Below are positions 23,651-31,308 of a DNA stretch of 37,803 nucleotides, one piece after another. Below the pieces are notes generated by a model. It made no database searches, was not told the origin of the DNA, and worked only from the letters and a program-made list of their open reading frames with translations. Position 1 is the first letter of the stretch; every line of letters starts with the position of its first letter. Origin of the DNA: a virus; IMG/VR virus record IMGVR_UViG_3300036466_000098, positions 1-37,803 of that record; one strand, 5' to 3'. The position numbers and the translations under genes were made by a program.

Positions 23651-24502
23651 TTATGCCTCCTCAGGCTGTGTTGTTGCTGCATTGAAGAACGGAATCATCT
23701 CAAGGATGGGGTTTGTCTCTTTCGGCACGTCGATTTCTTCCGGCATGCTGTAGCGGTTTTTCGCGTCAACATAACCGATAGTGCCGTCAGAGCTGGTTAT
23801 CAAGACACGCTCACCGGTATTGGTAACGCGACCGTATTTCGTGGTCTGCCCCTTGCGGTTCTCCTCGTGCCCCATTACAAAATCACGGGACTTGAGGTAA
23901 AACACTGCATCGCTGCTGCCGATGTAAATCTGGCGGGCCTTTTCCGGCATGTCGATACTGTAGGCAGTATACTCTCCGGCCTCTGGGCGGTTTTTCATTT
24001 TTACGATGCCGGTGTGAGCCAGGAAGACTACTGCAATTCCTTTGCGGCGCAGGTGTTCGCAAGCATTGCGAATCTTAACGTGCATTCCGGCTGCCACCAG
24101 AAAGCCCTTGTGGAATCCTCCGGCCGCTTCGCCGATATTGTTTGCGCCGTTGGGGTCGAACTCGACAACCTCACCCTCAAACAGGGTATTCATAGCGGTA
24201 ATGGTATCGACCACAACGGTTTTGAACGGGTGCTCTTCTGTTGCCAGTTCGCGCAACTGAGCGAGGAGGATTTCAGACGGTTTAACCTGGCGCTTGGCGT
24301 TAGCCGCCGGCAGCTCAGGCATGAATGCAGGCTGGCGATCCTCCGCCCAAGTTTCAAAAACAGTGCTGGCGTTTTCTGCCTGCACAAAAATAGGATTCGG
24401 AAACAGTGCGGCCAGTGTTGATTTGCCTACGCCGGGAAACCCGACAATGGTGATGACTGGTGCCTGTGGTATGGCCTTTTTGACTTGCTGTAAATAGCTC
24501 AT
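23651..24502 (-). CDS. AAA_24 / Sak4-like RecA-fold ATPase
   Basis: Walker A GFPGVGKST, 283 aa, and the first gene of the leftward early operon. Confidence 0.8.
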   Translation of the reverse strand: MSYLQQVKKAIPQAPVITIVGFPGVGKSTLAALFPNPIFVQAENASTVFETWAEDRQPAFMPELPAANAKRQVKPSEILLAQLRELATEEHPFKTVVVDTITAMNTLFEGEVVEFDPNGANNIGEAAGGFHKGFLVAAGMHVKIRNACEHLRRKGIAVVFLAHTGIVKMKNRPEAGEYTAYSIDMPEKARQIYIGSSDAVFYLKSRDFVMGHEENRKGQTTKYGRVTNTGERVLITSSDGTIGYVDAKNRYSMPEEIDVPKETNPILEMIPFFNAATTQPEEA

Positions 24503-24539
24503 TGGTTAGCTCCGCATTGGGCGTTTGTTGTTGCTACGG

Positions 24540-24568
24540 TTGTCATCCTATGGCCTAAAATGTATGAT
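24540..24568 (+). promoter_or_regulatory. Rightward sigma70 promoter candidate (TTGTCA-N17-TATGAT)
   Basis: Read directly. It lies 43 nt upstream of the HTH gene. Confidence 0.55.
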
Positions 24569-24573
24569 GTCAA
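24545..24573 (-). promoter_or_regulatory. Leftward sigma70 promoter candidate (TTGACA-N17-TAGGAT)
   Basis: A perfect -35. It fully interdigitates with the rightward promoter. Confidence 0.55.
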
Positions 24574-24610
24574 CACTGCAATGAAAATTATCTACAGCGA
24601 GGCGTAAATT

Positions 24611-24787
24611 ATGTTAACCCTGGAACAGATTAAAACGGCGCTGGCTGACCGTCGCCTGACAGTAGTGGCTGAGTCCACCGGACTGCACTACAACACGCTG
24701 CGCGACATCAGAGATAACCCGGACTGCAATCCGAGCTACCGCACATTGAAAGCTGTTTCCGACTACCTGGAAGGGGTTAGCCAATGA
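24611..24787 (+). CDS. Small XRE/Cro-like HTH regulator (58 aa; below the ORF-track size cutoff)
   Basis: Translated by hand as MLTLEQIKTALADRRLTVVAESTGLHYNTLRDIRD.... ATGA overlap with the primase gene. Confidence 0.6.
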   Translation: MLTLEQIKTALADRRLTVVAESTGLHYNTLRDIRDNPDCNPSYRTLKAVSDYLEGVSQ

Positions 24788-27063
24788 ACGTCTGGGACTA
24801 TTGGGAAGAAGGGTTCAAAGTTTTCGGCCTACATGGAGCCGATGATGGCGGGCTATGCAAATGCGGCAATCCAGAATGCAAAGCGCCGTTCAAACATCCG
24901 GTAATCAGCAACTGGCAAAACGTGCCAGACTGGTCGGAAGAGCAGATGCAGACGTTTGAGCAGATGGGCCACTTCGATACCGGATTTGGCGTGATCTGCA
25001 CCGGGTGGCTCATCATCGATGTGGATGCGCGTAACGGCGGGGTAGAGTCGTTCCGTAAACTGGTCGCCGATATGCCGGAGGCTGGTGAAGCCGCATTTGT
25101 GGTCAATACAGGATCAGGAAACGGGAGCCAGCATCATTATTTTAGGCTGACCGAACCGGTCGCATTGCTTCAGCAGCATATCAAATACCCCGGCATCGAT
25201 TTCAAGGCGTCAGGCTACGTCGTGGGGTGCGGATCGATGCACTCTAGCGGGTTGCCGTATGAGGTCGAGCGAGGTGCGCCAGGCAAAATAAAACCAGCGC
25301 CTGACAGGCTGCTGTCGCTGCTGCGCAAGCCGGACCATTACCGCGTCCAGTTCGAAGGCGCGGATATGGATATCACGGATGAGTACTTGGAAAAGATTGT
25401 GCATTCGATCAGCAATGATGGCCGGGATTATGAAAAGTTTATCCGCGTGGGTATGGGCATCCATCATGCCAGCGGGGGCACGCGGGAGGATCTCTGGCAC
25501 GCATGGGCTGAAAAGGCGGATTGCTACGACCCGGCAGGCATGGACAAGAAGTGGCACAGCTTCGGCAAGGGGTCCAGCCTAGCAACCTTCGGCACGCTGA
25601 TGCACTACGCACACGAATCCGGCTACTGTGACGATGTGACGTTTGTCTATGATGGCCCTGACCTTGATGACGCCGACCCGCTCAACACTGCTGATATTGA
25701 CCTAAAACGCCCACCAGGCTTTGCGGGCGAGCTTACCGACTGGATCAACGGCCAATGCCTGTATCCGCGCGAAAACCTCGCCGTGGCTGCCGCACTGTGC
25801 GCCATATCAGGCTTGGCAGGGATGCGGTTCTATGATGAGACGGATGACATTGCGCCGAACATCATTGCGTTTTGCGTCGCTGGCTCCGGCACAGGTAAAG
25901 AGTCTGTACAGCAGGCATACCTGAAGATCATGAAAGCTGCCATGATCCAAGCGGCGGTTCATGGTGGCTTCAAATCCGAGCAGGAGCTGATGCGCAACCT
26001 TGTCCGCCACCAGGCGGCATACTACGCCGTGGACGAGTTTGGCTTGACGCTACGCAAGCTGGAGAATGCCGGGAAGCGCGGCGGTGCTGCGTACCTTGAA
26101 GGTATAGTGGCGCTCATCATGTCGGTGTTTTCAAAGGCCAACGGGTATCTGCCAATTACCGGAGACCTGAAAGAACAGATTAAGGCCGACATGGTGAAGG
26201 AGCTATCAAAGGCCACAAATGCACTTGAGAACCTGCCGCAGGACTCAGAATCAAAAGGCAAGGCCGAACAACTCGAAAAAACCATTGAGCGCATCAAATC
26301 GGAGCTTGCCAAGATCGATGACGGGCTTGATTCGCCATTTTTAACCGTATTGGGTTACACGACGCCAATCACGTTTAACGATCTGATGGGTTTTGAGCAG
26401 GCCACCAACGGATTCATGGCGAGGGCCATGATCTTCGATGATCTGGAGACCAACCCGCAGCGCAAGAAAGGTTTCAAAAAGACGCCGATGAGTACAATGC
26501 TGGCGGCAAAGATCCAGAACCTATATGCGCCTGGCACTTACGACATGCAGCAGTCGGCACGGGAGCGTGTTGAGTTCACCGGCGAGCGAACCGGTATCAA
26601 GACGACGCCTGATGGGGTTGAGCTACTAGATCAGGTGTATGACCACTTCTACCAGCTGGCAGAACAGCACAAAAACTCGACCGGCATGGAGGCTATACCA
26701 AGGCGCGGGTATGAGTTGACGGCAAAGGTCAGCATGGTGCTGGCGCTGCCGGAAGGTATCCGCACTGCTGAGCATGTCCGGTGGGCCTTCGCGCTGGCCA
26801 GCCGGGATGTTGATCGAAAGATCAAACTTGCGTACTCATCCGACAAGGGCGAAAACGTGGACGGGCTGGCGGCCAGGGTGCTTTCGCTGGTCTCTGATGA
26901 GCATGGCGAAACGCTGGGTGTGATCTGTAATCGGCTGCGCTCAACCCCGAAGGCTCAGGTCAAGACGCTGCTTGACCAGATGGTTGAGCGCGGGTTGCTC
27001 AGGATTGAAGAGTCTGTCCACCCGAAAACAAAAAAACAGGTGTTGCGATACTTCGCGGCATGA
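24784..27063 (+). CDS. Bifunctional primase-polymerase with a C-terminal helicase/NTPase-type domain
   Basis: The N-terminal Prim-Pol core is LIIDVDARNGG...HHYF...GIDFKASGYVV. 759 aa. Confidence 0.8.
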   Translation: MNVWDYWEEGFKVFGLHGADDGGLCKCGNPECKAPFKHPVISNWQNVPDWSEEQMQTFEQMGHFDTGFGVICTGWLIIDVDARNGGVESFRKLVADMPEAGEAAFVVNTGSGNGSQHHYFRLTEPVALLQQHIKYPGIDFKASGYVVGCGSMHSSGLPYEVERGAPGKIKPAPDRLLSLLRKPDHYRVQFEGADMDITDEYLEKIVHSISNDGRDYEKFIRVGMGIHHASGGTREDLWHAWAEKADCYDPAGMDKKWHSFGKGSSLATFGTLMHYAHESGYCDDVTFVYDGPDLDDADPLNTADIDLKRPPGFAGELTDWINGQCLYPRENLAVAAALCAISGLAGMRFYDETDDIAPNIIAFCVAGSGTGKESVQQAYLKIMKAAMIQAAVHGGFKSEQELMRNLVRHQAAYYAVDEFGLTLRKLENAGKRGGAAYLEGIVALIMSVFSKANGYLPITGDLKEQIKADMVKELSKATNALENLPQDSESKGKAEQLEKTIERIKSELAKIDDGLDSPFLTVLGYTTPITFNDLMGFEQATNGFMARAMIFDDLETNPQRKKGFKKTPMSTMLAAKIQNLYAPGTYDMQQSARERVEFTGERTGIKTTPDGVELLDQVYDHFYQLAEQHKNSTGMEAIPRRGYELTAKVSMVLALPEGIRTAEHVRWAFALASRDVDRKIKLAYSSDKGENVDGLAARVLSLVSDEHGETLGVICNRLRSTPKAQVKTLLDQMVERGLLRIEESVHPKTKKQVLRYFAA

Positions 27064-27086
27064 TCTAGTCTTAAGAAATCCCCCAC

Positions 27087-27113
27087 AAGCCCCGCCATTC
27101 GCGGGGTTTGCTG
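27087..27113 (+). terminator. Rho-independent terminator
   Basis: Stem CCCCGC / GCGGGG with a 5-nt loop, followed by TTTG. Confidence 0.65.
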
Positions 27114-27131
27114 CATTTGCGGCATTGCTTA

Positions 27132-27387
27132 ATAGTAAGGATAGTGATTTTCTACTAAGCATAAAGTTCCGCAAAATCAAGTGGTTACCCGTTGCATAGT
27201 AAGGATAGTTGCTTAGTATAAGACACTATACTGTTTCAGTATGGTGGTTTTTCTGTGTCTATTACTAACCTACTAAGTAACTAAGTAATAATATATATCA
27301 TTCAATATATATATATAAATCAGTACCTTAGAGGTTAGTAAGCGCTCACTTTTGCATAGTAGATTCTTACTAAGCATAACTATCCAT
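27132..27387. repeat. Iteron-like repeat cluster with TA-dinucleotide tracts (candidate replication origin)
   Basis: ATAGTAAGGATAGT occurs twice (27132, 27196). TACTAAGCATAA occurs twice (27153, 27368). TTGCATAGTA occurs twice (27192, 27352). CTAAGTAA is in tandem (27273-27288). TTAGTAAG forms an inverted pair (27335, 27366). (TA)n runs lie at 27290-27317. Confidence 0.6.
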
Positions 27388-27394
27388 AGGCCAC

Positions 27395-27422
27395 TTTACT
27401 TTTCACACCGTTGGCCTATAAT
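27395..27422 (+). promoter_or_regulatory. Sigma70 promoter candidate (TTTACT-N16-TATAAT)
   Basis: A consensus -10 lies 33 nt upstream of the 27455 gene. Confidence 0.5.
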
Positions 27423-27454
27423 AAATAAAACCAACAAACAAATAAGGATCAGCA

Positions 27455-27643
27455 ATGAAAGATCAAATACCCACCAGAACCAAATACCCGTTCGCCGATA
27501 TGGAAGTGGGCGAAGTGGTCTTTATCGAAACTCCGAAGGCGTACCGCGTGCAGGCAGCGGCTTATGCGTGTGGATCTCGCACTGGTAAGAAGTTCGTCAC
27601 CCGCCTGGCAGATGGCGGCGTTAAGGTTTGGAGGGCTTCATGA
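27455..27643 (+). CDS. Hypothetical protein
   Basis: 62 aa with an AAGGA RBS. Confidence 0.6.
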   Translation: MKDQIPTRTKYPFADMEVGEVVFIETPKAYRVQAAAYACGSRTGKKFVTRLADGGVKVWRAS

Positions 27644-27855
27644 CCTACACAATAAAACTCTTCCACGACCCGTCAGGCTCAGTGGAGTGCTATCCGGCAG
27701 AGCAGTTCAGCTACACACCTGGCAGCGACACGCTGGGCCATATCGACACGCACGACGGACGGGATGACATCGTCATCGGGCCGGACCATCGGTGCTATGT
27801 GGTCAACGGTGAAGGCCGAACGGTTTTTAAAGTCACGAAGTTTGGAGCGAATTGA
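27640..27855 (+). CDS. Hypothetical protein
   Basis: 71 aa from ATG 27640 with a GGAGGG RBS and an ATGA overlap. Confidence 0.6.
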   Translation: MTYTIKLFHDPSGSVECYPAEQFSYTPGSDTLGHIDTHDGRDDIVIGPDHRCYVVNGEGRTVFKVTKFGAN

Positions 27856-27856
27856 G

Positions 27857-28093
27857 ATGAACAACAAACCAAGAAACCCGAGTGCATTTCCTGCTGGCCT
27901 GACCGAAGGCATGACGCTGCGGGATTATTTTGCGGCATCAGTCGCGCCCTCCGTATGGGACACCCTCTACGCGGAGTGGGAAAAAGACCCTGAGGAAATC
28001 TTCGATTTTAACGAAACCCATTTACCGCATGTGGCTCGAATGAGTTACGAACTAGCAGACGCCATGCTGGAAGAACGGGAGCGCACAGAATGA
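27857..28093 (+). CDS. Hypothetical phage protein
   Basis: 78 aa from ATG 27857. GMTLRDYFAA...ELADAMLEER is a recurrent phage motif. Confidence 0.6.
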   Translation: MNNKPRNPSAFPAGLTEGMTLRDYFAASVAPSVWDTLYAEWEKDPEEIFDFNETHLPHVARMSYELADAMLEERERTE

Positions 28094-28347
28094 CCCTAAT
28101 CGAAGCCCTAACCATCCTGTCCGTACACAACAGCTGGCGACACGGCGACGAGGGTGCGCCAGAGACGCACCCGGCCAGCCTGACCCAAGCCATTGACCTG
28201 ATCGGTGAGAAGGTGCCGCAGATGATTTATGCGTTGCAGGCATCCAGAGAGGCACTGGCACACTACCGCTACGGCGCAAGCAACGGACCGGAACCGGCGA
28301 AGCACGCGCTGGAGTGCGTTATCGCCGCATTGGGAGAAGCGAAATGA
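28090..28347 (+). CDS. Hypothetical protein
   Basis: 85 aa with an ATGA overlap. Confidence 0.6.
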   Translation: MTLIEALTILSVHNSWRHGDEGAPETHPASLTQAIDLIGEKVPQMIYALQASREALAHYRYGASNGPEPAKHALECVIAALGEAK

Positions 28348-28586
28348 ACCAACAACTCATAATCCAACACCCACAGCACGAAGTCGATCTGCACGTCACC
28401 GTCACCGACTACGTTCACCAGGATCCGGACCCAACAACGTGGGCCAGCGACATCGACTACTACGGCTTAACCGAAATCGAATACACAGTTGAGCCGGTGG
28501 ACGGCATACCCGAGGAGGAGTTGTACTCTGAGGCTGTCACGGAGGCGGTTATAAGCGCGTTTGAGGCTGACTGGTGCGCTGACTAG
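28344..28586 (+). CDS. Hypothetical acidic protein
   Basis: 80 aa from ATG 28344 with an ATGA overlap. Confidence 0.55.
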   Translation: MNQQLIIQHPQHEVDLHVTVTDYVHQDPDPTTWASDIDYYGLTEIEYTVEPVDGIPEEELYSEAVTEAVISAFEADWCAD

Positions 28587-28634
28587 GGTTTATCGAGAAA
28601 ACGGCTTAGAAAGCGAAATATGAAGGATCGAAAT

Positions 28635-28835
28635 ATGACCAACACAGAACAACTCATACTCGCCCAACGGCTCGCACACTACGAAACAAGCCATTTACTG
28701 CACCTGGTGCTGACGCTGCTCAGCATGCTGATCGGCTTCGGCATACCGTGGTATCTGCCGGTCTGGTTTTTGGTCGCTGTGAGCAATGCGCTGGAGCGTG
28801 GTAAGATTGAGCGGAAGATGCGAAAGCTGGGTTAA
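28635..28835 (+). CDS. Small membrane protein
   Basis: Two hydrophobic segments. ATG 28635 has an AAGGA RBS; ATG 28620 is an alternative start. Confidence 0.55.
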   Translation: MTNTEQLILAQRLAHYETSHLLHLVLTLLSMLIGFGIPWYLPVWFLVAVSNALERGKIERKMRKLG

Positions 28836-28842
28836 CGGATAT

Positions 28843-28868
28843 AGCCGCCTTTTATAGGCGGTTTTCTG
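28843..28868 (+). terminator. Rho-independent terminator
   Basis: Stem CCGCCT / AGGCGG with a 5-nt loop, followed by TTTT. Confidence 0.75.
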
Positions 28869-28906
28869 TTAATCTAAAGTAGAAATTCATTATAAGGTTT
28901 TGACAT

Positions 28907-29218
28907 ATGGCCAGTGTAAGATCAGTTGGCCGCCCGGCAGGAACACCAAAAACGGGCGGTCGCAAAAAAGGAACGCCCAACAAAGACAAGGATCAGGCAC
29001 TTGAACTCATACTATCGACCGGGTGCAAGCATCCACTTGTCGGCCTTGCTGAAATAGCAAGAGACCTCCACCAAAGCGGAGAGCTTGAAGAGGCTGGTAA
29101 GGCATACAAGGAGCTGGCTCAGTACGTCGCGGCCAAGCGCAAAGCGATTGAGCATAGTGGCAAGGTTGAGAACACCCAACCACTAGTGGTGGTACTGCCT
29201 GAGACGGGCGAAGAATGA
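28907..29218 (+). CDS. terS: Putative terminase small subunit
   Basis: 103 aa with a basic N-terminus (GRPAGTPKTGGRKKGTPNK). ATGA overlap with the large subunit gene. Confidence 0.55.
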   Translation: MASVRSVGRPAGTPKTGGRKKGTPNKDKDQALELILSTGCKHPLVGLAEIARDLHQSGELEEAGKAYKELAQYVAAKRKAIEHSGKVENTQPLVVVLPETGEE

Positions 29219-30441
29219 TCCGCTTAACGGTGCCACAGGCGAAAGTGTGGAAAGGCTCAAGCCGGTTCAAGGTGCTGATATGCGGTCGCCGCTTTGGCAA
29301 GACGTTCCTCGCTTTGACATGGTTGTTGGCGCAAGCCGGGAACAAAAAAGGCATCTACTACTACATCGCCCCCAGCTACGTTATGGCCAAAAGCATTGCA
29401 TGGCGTCTACTCAAGGAGTTGGCTGATGGGCATTACGTTAACAAAAACGAGGGTGAGCTTTTCATTGAGATGGCGAACGGCGCAGTTATCCAGCTGAAGG
29501 GCGCAGAAAACAGAGACTCGCTGCGAGGTGTTTCGCTTGCAGGATGTGTGCTTGATGAATTTTGTTTCATGGATGAGGCCGTATGGGCGGAAGTTGTCCG
29601 GCCTGCAACGTCTGACCAACAAGCGCCAGTGCTGTTCATTTCATCCCCGTCCGGCTGGAACTGGGGGAAGACGCTGTACGATTATGCGGCAAGCGGCGAA
29701 GACCCCAATTGGTCAGCATGGAGCTTCACCACAGCAGACGGCGGCAACGTCAAGCCGGAAGAGATCGAATCGGCACGGCGCGAACTGCCAGAGCGGACGT
29801 TCAAACAGGAATACCTTGCCAGCTTTGAGACGCTGTCGAATCGGGTTTACAGCAACTTTGATCGGACGGTTCATGTTGATGTCGAGCTTGCAGACCCTGC
29901 AGCAGCAAGTGAGCTTTATGTCGGCATTGACTTTAACGTGTCGCCAGTCACGGCAGTGATCTGCGTCAAGGTTTCGGATCAGCTACACATTGTGGACGAG
30001 GTCAGCATTATGAACTCAAACACAACCGAGCTGAGCCAAGAGATCAAGCGGCGCTATCCGAAACACAGAATCCGTGCATATCCAGACCCCGCCGGTAGAG
30101 CGCGTAAAACTTCGGCGGCTGGTGGTGTGACCGACTTCACCATACTGGAGCAAGCAGGTTTTATCGTTCTGGCTCCGGCGTCCCATCCGGCGGTCGCCGA
30201 CCGCATCAATGAGGTGCAGGCCATGTTTGTGAACGCCTCCGGCGATGTCCGCATGTTCGTTCACCCGCGCTGCAAGGAGCTGATTCGATGCCTTGATGGC
30301 TTGACGTACAAGAAGGGCACCAGCCAGCCGGACAAGACGCTGGGGCTTGACCATCTGACTGACGCGCTTGGCTACCTGGTGCATTATGAGTTCCCCATCC
30401 GCAAGCCCGTCACCGACATAAAGATCAGTTTTGCGGTATAA
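29215..30441 (+). CDS. terL: Terminase large subunit
   Basis: Walker A CGRRFGKT, Walker B CVLDEF, and a C-terminal nuclease-type region. 408 aa. Confidence 0.85.
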   Translation: MIRLTVPQAKVWKGSSRFKVLICGRRFGKTFLALTWLLAQAGNKKGIYYYIAPSYVMAKSIAWRLLKELADGHYVNKNEGELFIEMANGAVIQLKGAENRDSLRGVSLAGCVLDEFCFMDEAVWAEVVRPATSDQQAPVLFISSPSGWNWGKTLYDYAASGEDPNWSAWSFTTADGGNVKPEEIESARRELPERTFKQEYLASFETLSNRVYSNFDRTVHVDVELADPAAASELYVGIDFNVSPVTAVICVKVSDQLHIVDEVSIMNSNTTELSQEIKRRYPKHRIRAYPDPAGRARKTSAAGGVTDFTILEQAGFIVLAPASHPAVADRINEVQAMFVNASGDVRMFVHPRCKELIRCLDGLTYKKGTSQPDKTLGLDHLTDALGYLVHYEFPIRKPVTDIKISFAV

Positions 30442-30522
30442 TCGCCTTGCATGGCACCACCTCAGCCAACGGATCGGGTTTCAGTGGCTGACTTGTTGAT
30501 ATAGGCTCAGGACGAGCCACGC

Positions 30523-30559
30523 CCCCAGCCTCTTCGCCTTGCGTACGCTGGGGTTTTTA
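30523..30559 (+). terminator. Rho-independent terminator (large loop)
   Basis: Stem CCCCAGC / GCTGGGG, followed by TTTTT. Confidence 0.55.
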
Positions 30560-30659
30560 TTGCATACTGCTAGAGCGGCTAGGCTGATCCCCGAACCCCT
30601 GTTACGCCTGACAGGTTGCCGCTCTCAATTCTCAGGCGATACATCAAAGGCGAGGTGTT

Positions 30660-31217
30660 ATGAAAGTTTTAGTTGCTTGCGAATACAGCGGCACTGTACG
30701 AGATGCTTTTCGTGCCAGAGGCCATGACGCGATTAGTTGCGACCTGCTACCCACTGACGTTGAAGGGCCGCACATTCAGGGCGATTGTGTGGAGGTTATC
30801 CGGTCGCAGCAGTGGGATTTGATTATCATGCACCCACCATGCACGGCGCTGGCTGTCTCTGGTAACCGCTGGTACGGCAAAGGGATGCCCAAGCATGATG
30901 AGCGCATGGAGTCTATCAAGTGGACGATGGGCCTGTTCGAGCTGGCTAAGGCTAACAGTAAAGCCGTCTGCATGGAGAACCCTGTGGGGGTGCTGCCGAT
31001 GTCTGCTACCCAGTATATCCAACCATGGATGTTCGGACACGGCGAAACCAAGAAGACGGGTCTATGGCTGCACAACCTGCCGCAGCTTGAGCCGACACTG
31101 GTCGTGGAAGGTCGTGAACAGCGAATTTGGAAGATGCCCCCATCTAAAGACAGATGGAAGCTGAGAAGCAAGACATATGACGGCATAGCCGCAGCCATGG
31201 CCGATCAGTGGGGTTAG
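30660..31217 (+). CDS. Minimal cytosine-C5 DNA methyltransferase-like protein
   Basis: 185 aa. Motif I-like VLVACEYSG, motif IV-like HPPC, motif VI-like MENPVG, and a C-terminal KTYDGIAAAMA. GAGGTG RBS. I see no room for a normal target-recognition domain. Confidence 0.5.
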   Translation: MKVLVACEYSGTVRDAFRARGHDAISCDLLPTDVEGPHIQGDCVEVIRSQQWDLIIMHPPCTALAVSGNRWYGKGMPKHDERMESIKWTMGLFELAKANSKAVCMENPVGVLPMSATQYIQPWMFGHGETKKTGLWLHNLPQLEPTLVVEGREQRIWKMPPSKDRWKLRSKTYDGIAAAMADQWG

Positions 31218-31221
31218 AACC

Positions 31222-31249
31222 AAAGCCCTCCCCGCGAGGGCTTTTCTTT
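31222..31249 (+). terminator. Rho-independent terminator
   Basis: Stem AGCCCTC / GAGGGCT with a 5-nt loop, followed by TTTT. Confidence 0.8.
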
Positions 31250-31268
31250 GTCCCTGTCAATAGTGAAA

Positions 31269-31277
31269 TGCTATAAT
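31269..31277 (+). promoter_or_regulatory. Extended -10 promoter candidate (TGCTATAAT)
   Basis: Lies between the terminator and the portal gene start. Confidence 0.5.
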
Positions 31278-31308
31278 CAATCCATTCTCAATTAACAGGA
31301 TTGATAAC

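Noticed and set aside
27132-27387. Repeat cluster as a CRISPR array or mini-array
   Set aside because: The repeats are 7-14 bp, belong to several families, occur in mixed orientation and are irregularly spaced. No cas genes are present.
30442-30659. Possible tRNA or small RNA gene, or a cos/pac site, in the gap after terL
   Set aside because: I saw hairpins only (TCAGCCA/TGGCTGA at 30462-30491 and the terminator at 30523-30559). There is no T-loop or cloverleaf signature. A packaging site cannot be assigned from sequence alone.
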